DNA of 63,933 nucleotides, filler included. It is 6 parts of 6 records of this genome, joined end to end, with 100 filler letters (N's around TTAATTAATTAA, not from the genome) between each part and the next. Parts side by side here need not be neighbours in the genome. Positions count along the whole stretch, not along the records: positions 31,467 to 39,345 come from SRR20825019_2332; positions 39,446 to 51,808 come from SRR20825019_2333; 4 more parts are not named here. One strand, 5' to 3'. Below, piece by piece: positions 31,490-42,600 of this stretch. The notes under the pieces were generated by a model. It searched no databases and was not told the origin of the DNA. It saw only the letters and a program-made list of their open reading frames with translations. The position numbers were made by a program, and so were the translations under genes. Each line of letters begins with the position of its first letter. The first letter of the stretch is position 1.

Positions 31490-32369
31490 AGGATGGTGGT
31501 GGACAAGTGGGGGTGTCTAAGGGTATCGGTTCCGGAGTGCCCTTATCGCTCCCATTTTAGGGCGGCCGTTCGGAGTGCCGACCAGGACGAGGATAAGGGC
31601 CCACGCGAAGAAGCCCTACCGCAGGTGGCCGGTGACTGATCGACTTAGGGGCCATGCCCTCGACCCGAAATGAGGAGGTTATTATCGTACTATAAGGACG
31701 TCCGAAAAGTGCAACCTGCAATGTCTTGGGCTTTCATGCGGTGGGCGTTCATGAGGATGGAGAGGTCTCGGAAGGACTACATGGGACGTTCGTTACATTA
31801 AGGTTTTTGCTGAAAGATCAGTAGGGTATTATCGACAACTGCGTCCGAAAACGCCCTGATCTTTCTCTATCATGACTATGATACGGCTTATTTAGCAACA
31901 AGCAAGCAATCACAAGCTGTGAATATGAGAGGAATTATGCAGCTGAATCTTTTACCAATCTAAAGGTACAACCGTTAAGAATGACTAATGATCACATGGA
32001 CACAGACACTTGGATTTTCGGGATCAACTTGAGTAACCCCCCAACGTCTGTGGGCATGCCCTTATCCACCATCCTGGCCCTCGCAACCTGGCGACACCGC
32101 GATTGGACCGTTACTCACACCACCCGCAATAATCAGCCTGCTGGCAAGAAGGTGATGTGACACATAGGTGTCGATGGCGCCCGCCACTCCCCCGGGGGCC
32201 CAGCCCCACGGCACAGGCCGGCGGTGATGATGGCCGGCCAACACTCAAGCCCCACTGGTAGAGGCATGGGGCACCGCCCTGAGTTGGGTCCGGCCTTGGC
32301 CGGACGGCCGCCAAGTTAACCATCACGCCCAAGGCCATATGAGCACTAGCTCTGACGGGGTGAAACACA

Positions 32370-32377
32370 TATATAAA
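32370..32377 (+). promoter_or_regulatory. TATA box of the CLU-domain gene
   Basis: TATATAAA about 76 nt upstream of ATG 32453, downstream of a GC-rich patch. Confidence 0.5.
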
Positions 32378-32452
32378 GAGTCGCCTCTTATTAAGGTGTT
32401 GTTGCATCTCTTGTGGAGCTCAGTCGTCTTGTGGTCACTTTTGTGAGCAGCC

Positions 32453-35400
32453 ATGGGTTGCGGTGCTAGTGTTGACAAAAATAAGAATAAAGATGGAGAG
32501 CCGAAGGTACTTGTTGGGGAAGGGAAGTGAGGTGGTCGTGGTACTGATGTCGGGTGTATCAGAGTCCCAAACCAAAGAAGGGCAAGAAGGGAAATAAGGG
32601 TGACATCACCCCCCGTGACCCATCCTTTGTGGAGCCGGTGATGGATGTGAGCACGGTACGTTAGGGTGGTTCCGAACTGGTCATGTGCCCTGCGTTTCTA
32701 ACTTCTTGCTAGCCTGTGCGCCATCCTCACGTCCAGGTTCCCACGCCGCAGAGCATCAAGGAATCGGGCGGTATGTCTCCTGCCCAGAACCAGAACGCTC
32801 CGACGGAAATGTTGTTTGAGGGGGCATCACCGCTTCCTCCCATCTCGTTCCTGGAAGTTATGAAAATGTCGCCCAAGCAGGTCGATTCGCTACAGCCGCA
32901 GCAGATACAGCGCCTTTCGCAGGCAGAGGTGGACAGCTTGCCAACTGACTTGAAGGATGCCGTGCGCTTGGTGCAGATGAGGAACACCATGGTCGGCTTG
33001 GAAGGATCAGGCACTGATATTGGTAGCCACCCTGCTGGAAGCCCCCAAGCACACGGGGCCTCACCTGGTCGTGGTGGAAGTGGCGCGGCACCTCCAGGCC
33101 AGGCTGCTCGCGGCAACGGTGCTGGTGGACCTGCGGCCAGCCCGCAGCGCGGCGAGTTGTCGAAGCCGACCGCCGCCAAGAGCGCTCGCGCTAACAAAGA
33201 AAAGGTGGCCATGGCCCTGGAAGAGGAGCGGAGCCGGCAGCGCGAAGAGACCGAGGATCACCTCAAGCTGGTTCTGCAGAAGGAGGCTGAGATCTTGCAG
33301 CGTGAGGAGGAGGAGCGCAAGTTCAAGTCGATGGTGGACGAGGCGAAGAAGAAGGACGAGGAGGACACAGTCAACCCGAACCTCTGCACGTCCCGCGTCG
33401 TGCTCATCACCGGCTCGTTTGGCCGCAAGTCCTATCGTTACCACGTGCCGCGTGACACGGGGACCGTCCTTGATCTTAAGCTTGCCCTGCACGTCGACCA
33501 CGGATATTCACTCAAGTCACAGAGAATTTACTACCGTTATCGCGAGGTGGACGATGACGAAATTGTGTCCAAGCTCCAGGACTGGTCCGATGGCAAGACG
33601 CTGGTCTTCATCCCGACCGAGGCACCCGTGAGTGTCCCGGAGAGGCTGTTCCGGCCCCAGGTCGCCGACATCACCATCCGTGAGGTGCAGATGGCCAACA
33701 GCGCCAATGACGGCCGCGTGGATGGGGTCTACCCGCCCTTCCGCGACTGGACCAATGATCTTCGCACGATTCTTCAGACCAAGAGTCAGAGCCCTGACCT
33801 CGTGCTGGACAAAGAGCAGGCGTTCGGCCAGTTGCAGAGGGACTTTGCGGACCAGGCAAGGTGGGGGGCGGAGCTCATCCTTCAGAAGAAGGTGGAGCCC
33901 ACCAACGAGATTGACGGGGTGGCTGGGACTGGGGGTGACCGGTACTTTGTTGGCGGCATCATGCTGCGCAAGGTGGCCGAGTGGGAGATCCTTGACGAGA
34001 ACATCGGGGAGGGCGATGCCGCCTTCAAAGTCGCGGGCCACGAACAGAGGGCCCTGGACCTCCTGCGCCTCAACATCAACCCCGACTCCGTGGTGGTGCC
34101 GCTTTCCTGCATCGTCGACCACTATGGCGTGCGCTTCCTTGCATCGTCTGTTTGTGGCATCAATCACTACAGCCTGGTCTATGGTTCTTCCACGAATGCT
34201 CTGATCGTGCGGGCCGAGGAGGAGGCCGAGGGCGTCGCCAAGGACATCGCGTCGTATTGCAACCTGGCACCCCACTTTGTGACCGAGCGCATGAGTGGCG
34301 AGGAGAAGAAAATGTACACACCCTTCACCATGGAGATCCATGTTGGGGAGAACGCCCTCGGTGGTGACAGCGCCAACCCCGGTGCTCCCTCATTCTACGT
34401 GGTGAACGCCGGTCGGTTGTTCCCGCCCGACCACCCCACTGTGGACAGCATCGACCACCTCACTAAGTTGTTGCGGCCCGAGTTCGTTATGAACTACTCG
34501 TATGGCGGGCAGGTTGTGGACGGATACAAGCAGCTGACGAGCCTTCAGCCCATCGTGTGTGATGTGTGCGGGCGCGACATTGACGAATATGACTACTATA
34601 CCTATGAGAAGAGACAGTATGACGTGTGCAGGACGTGCTACACTGATGTGGACCCAGACATCTTCAAGTTCCCGTACTCCAAGCTGGTCCCCGTCTCCGT
34701 TCCGGAGAAGATGCGCGTGCCAGTATGGAAGAACGAGGATGGTGATGTGAGGCTGAGCAAGCCGGTGAACAAGACGCCCCTTAACCCTGACGCATATGTG
34801 CTGGCGGATGATCCCGAGTCGAAGAACGATGCGGGGCATGCCTCGGTGTGTCTCGCCAACGAGGTCATTCCGGCGTTCTTTGCGGAGCTCGAATCACTCG
34901 CGGTCCAGCCCCTGACTGGGCGCCAACTCGCTGCCGAATTCCATAAGCGCGGTATCAACATGAGGTACCTGGGCCGCATGGCAACCGAAGTCAAGTACAA
35001 CCACCTGAGGGAGCTTGCTGTGCGCGAGATGTTGGCCCGCACAATCAAGGTATTGATTCGGGACGGCATGTCCTTCATGGAGGAGTTCACGGAGAGTGGA
35101 GCCAAGGCCATCGTTCTGCACTACCTGAACGAGATCTTTACCCCGGAGAAGACCGAGACCGCCACTACGGTGTGGAAGTACATCGAAGAGCTCACCTTCA
35201 AGAAGTTCAGCTACGTGCTTGAGGAGGGGGTGCGGGACAAGATATACCTGCTCGCCCTGCTCCACTCGGTGGCGGAGAAGCTCAACATCAAGCTGGCCTC
35301 GTACAAGGGCTACGACTTTAGCAAGCCGACCCCCTTCGAGGTGGAGGACATCGCCGAGATAGAGCCGCGGGTGAAGTACACGCCCGCGGAATCCAAGGAG

Positions 35401-36156
35401 GTGCAGGCCCTCCTTGGCCGCGCCCGGGAGCTTGATGCCGCAGGCAAGCGCAGCGTGTGGTTCTTGGCTGGTGGGCCTGAGCGTGCCAAGGCAAGTGAAA
35501 TGTACAAGGAGGTCATCAAGACTGCAGAGTTCATGTATGGCCAGGCCGATGAACGCACTGCGGACCTGATGTACGAGTTTGCGGAACACATGTACTCGAG
35601 GCACTGCGAGAAGGGCCGTCCCGAGCGCTCTAGATGGAACAAGTCCCAGGGTGTGGCCATCGACGACCTGTGCCTCACTGCGATCAAGTATTACAACAAG
35701 GCTCTTGAGGTGCGCAAGAAGATCTTCAACTTCTACCACCCCTCTGTGGCGGACTGCTTCAGTGCTCTGGCCCGGTGCCAGAAGGACCAGCCTGTGGACT
35801 TCACCGCGCGGGATCCGTACGAGAGGAATCAGGCCGTGCGTGCCCTCCGAAATGTAGTGGATATCACCGAGACTGTTCTGGGCTTCCACCACCCGGACAC
35901 CGCCGAGGCGTACTCCAACCTCGCCATGCTGTACCAGGAGTGCAATGACATGGAGAATGCCAGTCCGTTTGTTCGCAAGGCATTCGTCATCTTCAACTCT
36001 GTGTTTGGCCAGGATAGTGATGTCACCCACCAGTGCTGGAAGGTGCTCAAGTCCATCGAGGTGGGTGTGGACGGCGGGCTGCAGGATGTGGCCATCGAGG
36101 ACCTCGCCAGCCGCATCGAGGCCGTGGACTTCTCGGAGGAGGAGGACTACTGGTAA
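32453..36156 (+). CDS. CLU (clustered-mitochondria) domain/TPR protein with N-terminal MGCGAS acylation motif, ubiquitin-like domain and a CxxC..CxxC finger (3 exons, ~1196 aa)
   Basis: Introns 32507-32562 and 32656-32712. CLU motifs RDW, DF...A, KVAGHE, VDHYGVRF, LVYGS, RLFPP and LRPE; CLU-central motif HKRGINMRYLG; TPRs 'HPSVADCF' and 'HPDTAEAYSNLAMLY'. Confidence 0.83.
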
Positions 36157-36711
36157 TGCCCCGCGCTCCTGAGACCGGTCCATTCATAGATTCTTCTAAA
36201 TTATTCAACTCATCATCACTTGATTCACCAGACGATTCGTAGTAAAATCACATTTCTTTATTCTGTAGTCTTGTTTTGAGGTCATATTTGTTTTTTTCAT
36301 AATTGACACGTGGTGAGCTAGCTGTTTCGGCCCCTTGGAGCACACGGTACGACAAAGCGACACACTGACATCGGATGAGACTCCGCCTCCGGGTGGGACG
36401 TCAACCGCGCTCAGTCCCGCACGGGGTCGGGTCCGACGGCCCACTGACTGGCCGGGCCATCAGCATGCGGCGGCCGGGCCCGGCCGGGCCCCGCCCCCGC
36501 CGAAGGGGCGCCGGTCGGAGAGGCTAGGTCCGTTCTGACTGGAGTCGCGCCGACCCCGCCCTGGCTACCGCGCCCAACACCAAAACACGGTGCAGGACGT
36601 TTTCACTCACCGGACAACCGCTCAACGGATTCACGGATCTCCCTGTTCACACTGATGCCCGACCAGAGGAGTGTGTCGCCCGTGTGGTGCCGCCTCGGTG
36701 GGTTTTGAAGT

Positions 36712-36720
36712 TATATATAA
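36712..36720 (+). promoter_or_regulatory. TATA box of the Cys/His-repeat gene
   Basis: TATATATAA about 79 nt upstream of the inferred start at 36799, matching the spacing at the neighbouring gene. Confidence 0.45.
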
Positions 36721-36798
36721 CAAGCCGTCGCCATGCAAACCTCAAGGAAACGACCGAAAGGGTAGCACTTCTGCGCTCACTGTTGAGCTCGCAACCTG

Positions 36799-39311
36799 AT
36801 GTATGTTGATGGTGCGTAGGGCGGGGCTTGAGGCTTATGTGTCGGTGTCAGGGCGTCACGCGCCGCGCGGGAGGCAGAAGCCGCTGCCCAGAAGAAGCAG
36901 GCGCAGGCGCTGCTACGGGCCATCAGTGCGGACCAGCTTTATGTACAATCTGGAGACACGGCGTCGAGCGGTGACTTTCTGGAGGCGGAGGCGGTGCATG
37001 GTGGGTAGGGTCCGGGGTCGGAGGGGGTTCGACTAATGGTGGCGCAGGGCTGGGGTCGGCGCAGGGTAGCTTCCGTGACTATAGCACCCACCAGGAGAGG
37101 TTGGACCATCTCATTGGGCGCCTCGACAATGCCAAGGGCACCTCAGAGCGGTTTGCATCGTCAGCGGCGGCGGTGAACAGCCTTGGGGTAGACGACCCGT
37201 CCTTGGGCGAGGTGCCTGAGAGCGGTGATCCCGACAAGACCCTCTTCTATGCGCGGGGGAGTTTCCGTGCGATGGTGGAGGGCCGGCGGGACCAGTCGAT
37301 GGTGAGCAGTACTGATGATGTGGAGGCAGCCAATTCGACAGCAACCGCACCAGTGGCAATGGAGGTGTGTTCATGCGGCGCATGGGTGGGAGATGTGTCT
37401 GACCGGTGCTCGTGCAGATCTCGTTCGAACGGGGTAGCGCGAGCCGGCGCAGCAGCAGCAACTTCACCATTGGGTCATTCACGGCGCGGCAGGAGGGGCC
37501 GCCGGCGGATGTGGTGGAGGGGAGGTGGACGTGCTGCCACGTTGAACTGTATGGGCGCAAGTGTGTGGCGCGGGAGCCGAGCGAGCACACCCGTGCCGCG
37601 GCCAAGGTGAGTCAGAGCGGGAGTCCCGGTGCGCGGTGGGGTCTGACGGCCGTGGACAGTGTGCCAATTGTGGCGTGATCTATGATACCAAGAAGAACGG
37701 CCACCAGGAATGCTTCTACCACGCAGGGGATATCTCTCACTATAATGAATACGGGTTCGCTGTGTGGGGGTGCTGCGGGGCCATCGGGGTGAAGGACACC
37801 AAGTACCAGTCCTTCGACTCCACCAAGCCCGACCGCACCCTCAGACACACACGCCAGGGCTGCCGCATCTCAGCACACCAGCCTCTCTACCGTTCCGAGA
37901 CTCAGTGTGCCCTGTGCGGCCAGGAGGTATTCAGTGGGGACCGGCGCCGCTCTGGTGGTAAGGTGCCGCCGTGTGAGTTCCACCGGGGGAACTGGTGTCC
38001 GTTTACCAAGACCAGGAGGTGGGTGCATGCAGCAGGGTGGGGAGGGGGTGCTCATGATTTCCGCAGGCTCGTCAAATCCAAGCAAAGCCCCGCGGCGGCG
38101 GGAAAGGAGAACCTAGAAGGTGTGTGAGGTGTGGTGACACGAAGGGCCCGCTAACGGAGCATTCCCAGCCCCAACCACGGTCCACTCGAAGTATTACGGC
38201 CCGCCCAAGACGCCCCCAGCGCCCCCGAAAGGGGCAAAGGCGGTGAGTATTGTCGTGTGGTGAGCGGTAGCGGAGCTGACGTGCTGGCCAGAGGCTAGTG
38301 GAGGTGGATCCCCGCCCCGTGCCGTCGGACACCAGAGTCAGTGCGGATTTCCTGTATCCGAAGAATGCATCGCCTGGGGGCAAGTCCCGAATGTAGGCGC
38401 CAGTGGGTGTCGCCGTTGGGATCGAGTGCTGACAACAGATGGCAGGTACATGTCCCGAGGGGTGTTTCAAGAGCCGTTCTCCACCAGCCGCCACACCACC
38501 AGCCGCACTCCCGGGGATGTCATCATTGGGATGTGGACCTGTTGTCGCAGCAGCATCTACCAGGGCTCTGAATGCATCCGCCGGCGAACGCATCCGCCTG
38601 ACCGCTCACTGCGGCGATGCATCATCTGCGATGCCAAATACCTCGAGGCCAAGAACCCGCCTCTCTTACAACACCACAAAGAACTGGAGCCCGTGCTGGT
38701 GAATGACCTGGGAGCGGTGGAGTGGCGCTGCTGCGGGGCACCGGGACTGGAGGGCTCCAAGTACACCACGCATGAGAGCCGTGCCGCGCGGGGCCGGATA
38801 TTCAACCATCGGTACGGCTGCATGGTGAGTGGTGCACAAGTGGGCGCGAAGCTCTATGATTGCACTGACGTGGCTCGCCGTATCAGAAAGAGAAACATTA
38901 CCCCAAGTACATGCCGGAGCGCGCGTGCCCCACGTGCGGGTCGGAGAATGGAGACGATGTGTGCTGCCCGGCCTGCCTGTGCACGCTGTGCGGGCGTCCC
39001 TACGGGGATCAAGTGGATGGCTACGGTGTGTGCTGTGCGTGAGCTATTGGGGTGTTTTCTTAGACCATTTGGCAGAATTCTCGCGGGAGCGGACGGAGGA
39101 AGACGCGCTGGCACTAGAGCAAAGCTATCGGGGTGAGGGAGCGTCCCGTCGGAGCAGGGCGCGGTCGACCCAGATGTCGTTGGGCACGATGGGCTCGGGA
39201 GGGGAATCGACGGCATTGATGGATGCGATCTATCAGTCATCATGGTCCGCGGATCCCTTTGACGAGATTCCGAGTCAAAAGAAAACGATCCAGTCTAAGG
39301 AGGAGCGGCTG
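36799..39311 (+). CDS. Multi-exon protein with a duplicated ~120-aa Cys/His (putative Zn-binding, CHORD/Btk-like) module; 3' truncated
   Basis: Ten GT-AG introns give 666 stop-free codons: 36801-36851, 37001-37047, 37365-37417, 37607-37659, 38019-38066, 38120-38168, 38243-38291, 38393-38445, 38825-38886 and 39026-39075. An 11th donor lies at 39312. Confidence 0.75.
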
Positions 39312-39315
39312 GTAT

Positions 39316-39345
39316 GTGTGGTGTGGTGTGGTGTGGTGTGGTGTG
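39316..39345 (+). repeat. (GTGTG)6 microsatellite inside an intron at the contig end
   Basis: Directly follows the GTATGT donor at 39312. Confidence 0.85.
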
Positions 39346-39445
39346 NNNNNNNNNNNNNNNNNNNNNNNNNNNNNNNNNNNNNNNNNNNNTTAATTAATTA
39401 ANNNNNNNNNNNNNNNNNNNNNNNNNNNNNNNNNNNNNNNNNNNN
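39346..39445. other. Artificial contig spacer
   Basis: N44-TTAATTAATTAA-N44. Confidence 0.98.
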
Positions 39446-39659
39446 TGTATCTTTTGATTCAGTTGTTCTAACCTTCCACCCTCCATTCCATTTATCATTT
39501 AGTTTTCTCCTATCGAAAAAAAGCAACCCGTCTATTCATACACGAAAAAACGGAACAACAGCCAATCTAGTACTCAAATCCAAGTTTTTAAAACTACACG
39601 TGATTATTATATTTTCAGTTTTGTTAAAATTGTAAATATTTTTGTGTAGCGTTTAGAAA

Positions 39660-42600
39660 ATGTTTGAGAAATATGTAAGTGGTCTACTTGTAGGCCTTCT
39701 GCAACGCTATGCAGAGAATGTGGATACCGATCAGATCCAACTCAGCCTTTTCGAGGGAAAGGCCACCCTGACCGACCTAGTCCTCCGACCCGACGTACTC
39801 GAAGCCATGCTATTTGGTGGAAACGGTGATGATGGATCTGACTCAACAAAACAAGCAACCGACGAGGACAATATCGATGATTCCTCCTCGGCTAGCAATA
39901 ACAAAAACGAAAAATCGAAGAATGGTATTCAGGGAGTTTCTGGAGGTGGCCCCTCCCAACGACCTTCGCTTCCCCCCGGGACGGTTCACAACGCACAGTG
40001 TCATAAAGTATCTGTCACCCTTCCTCTTCGCCACTTACGATCCCAGCCATGTGAGGTGGACATCGAGGACTTATTCGTTTCGGTACTCTCTCCGTTGGAG
40101 GCAGTGTCCGCTACCCTACTACATGCGGCAGTGGCAGCAGTCACCCAAGGTTCAACTACTGCTGCTTCCACTTCCAATCAACCAACGTCATCCACTCCCC
40201 CCTCTGCCACTAAGGGGGATCTTTATGAGGAACTGACACGATTGTGGAAGCAAAAGGGTGACATGGATGCCGTGGTCAGGAAGCAGGCTGCACTTGCCGC
40301 CTATGACCACACTGCCGCCCACCACACAAAGACCACCTCATCAAAGAATGACGCCACTACCACTTCTTCATCAGACAACAATATGTCAAAGAAGAATAAC
40401 GATATAAGTGGTGGTGATACTGATATCAATAACTCCAAAGCTACATCATCAGATCCATCCTCATCTTCTTCATCCTTTGCCTCGCGTTTAGGGGAGGTGA
40501 TCCTCAACAATGTTATAGTGAGAGTTAAGAGGGTGCATATCCGTTACGAGAGTCCCAATAGGGGTACCATTGCCGGTATGTTGCTCCGGGATGTGTCTAT
40601 GACCACTACCGATCGAAACGGAGAGGAGGGAACCTTCAGGAGCTATGAGACACTATTGGGGGAGTGTTACACATTTAAACGTCTCGCGTTTACTGGAATG
40701 CAGCTGTACGTGGATGAGGATATTGATGATGAAAGCAGTGGGTGTGCAGGATCTGTAGTACCACCCATGGGCGGTCCTGGAGCTGCCTGCCCCTTCATCT
40801 CCCACCTTTACAACCGCAACCAATTCTACCCAGCGATTCCAGATCTTCGACGTGAAATCGATGTCGTCACAGCCCAAGAGAAGTCCATCCCCAATGCATC
40901 ATCTAAGGAGTCCAAGGATAGGAAAAGGAAGCTACAAGGCGATATGACAGCCTTAGTTAGGAAAATGGAGGTGCTGATCGAGGAGCAGCGTCGACAGAGG
41001 GGTGTATGGCAGCATGCTATGAGGGCAGTAGTGGAGCAGCGGGCAGCCATCTTTGATGAGCGATCTACTGTTTTCGGCCCTGTATCTGGATCCGTACATG
41101 TACGAGTACTATACAGTAAATATACCGCCTCTGCAGGGTCGTTGGAGGTGCTATCTGCCAAGCTAAAGGATCTGCGTGCTACTGCTACAAACCCACCACC
41201 ATCATCATCCTCATCATCAGTTTCCCCAGCCACCACTACAACTTCCAAGAACACTACTATCGCTACCACTACTCATCGCCCCTTTGCAGATTTCCCCTCT
41301 GAGGTGTATTTTGCCATAGAGGGCCACATCCAAAATGGCGTTGCATCCCTCTCACGGCAACAACTTCTTCAGATTGCTGATATTGGTGCTCAGTGGGCGG
41401 ATTGGAATGTGTTGGCGCCATTGTATCAGTATCGCCCCCCTACCCATGCTAGGATGATAACAGCTGACAGTCAGAGGGAGGCCACACTACCAGGATGTTG
41501 TCCTAGCTGCTACTTTATCGCACCTGTGACCAAATCATCCTCCTCCACATCCTCTGAGGGAAATCCAGAGGCAAGGAGGTGGTGGAGGTATGCGATCCGT
41601 GCCGTGATCGCCACCACCATCAAGGCCGACCGAACTGCTGCCATCCGCTTCAACCTCTCCTCCTACCTTGCCCGTAACCATTATCGAAACCTCTTTTGTA
41701 AGAACATCCTACACACTAAGCTGAATGATTGTTCGTCATTACTTCTACTGATGTACTCCTCTTCATCCTCGAGAACATCTTCGACACAGGATACGCCGTC
41801 CTTGAAGGATGAGGTGGTGCACAGGATGGGTAGTAACTGGAGAGAAGTGCTACTGATGACCACCTCTGAGTCTCGAACACTCCGACTTTGTGAGCAACAC
41901 ATGTCGGTCACAGATATTCTTGCAGTGCGGCAACTTTGCGCAAAACGTGCATCTACAGCGGCGAGTTTCCGTAGGCCAGCCGCATCGGCTCAGCGCGGTG
42001 GTGGTGGAAGTCCGGTCCCATCTCCTCGTGGCCAACACGAAGCTGTTGGCAGTCCCAAGGCTCAGCAGCCACTATCAGCATCACCTACAAGGGGAGTACG
42101 TTTCCAGAGCAACGTCACCACATCATCTCCATTATCCACTGCCACTACTACCCCCTATAACAGCTTTATCAACCTCCCCAAGGATCTCTATGACCTCTCC
42201 TCTTTAATTCACAAAGTAAAGCGGTCCCCAGAGTACCAACAACAACAACTGGCCACATCAGGAACTGGCGGTACCTCCTCTCAACAACAGCAAGGTGGTG
42301 GTGGTATGGTAGCGAGCTCTACAAAGTGGGTAGGATCGTGGTTTAAAAGGCCGTCTGCAGCCGCACCGGCTCTACCTGACAACACTACCGCCACATCCCC
42401 CTCATCCCCTAGCAAGCAGGTGGTGACCGCTACCAAGCCTCTCTCAGAGGCAGAAGAGCATGATGCTGTGCTGAAGGCTATTGGTGCTGACTGGGGGGTA
42501 GAGGACGACGATGCCCAGCACCCCAATCCATCAACCACCACTGCATCAGGAAATAAGCCCACTTCCAGTAAATCGAAGACATCGTCATCCACCCACCATC

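Noticed and set aside
34894..36183. 429-aa antisense ORF (also 33517-34341, 53822-55249 and 3945-4952)
   Set aside because: These are shadow ORFs opposite well-supported genes with GC-rich third codon positions.
36733..36765. ATG 36733 as the start of the Cys/His gene
   Set aside because: It stops after 10 codons unspliced, lies only about 13 nt after the TATA box, and the alternative splice leads into an Arg-rich, non-protein-like frame.
39316..39345. (GTGTG)n as a telomere
   Set aside because: It begins inside an intron just after a GTATGT donor of an unfinished gene.
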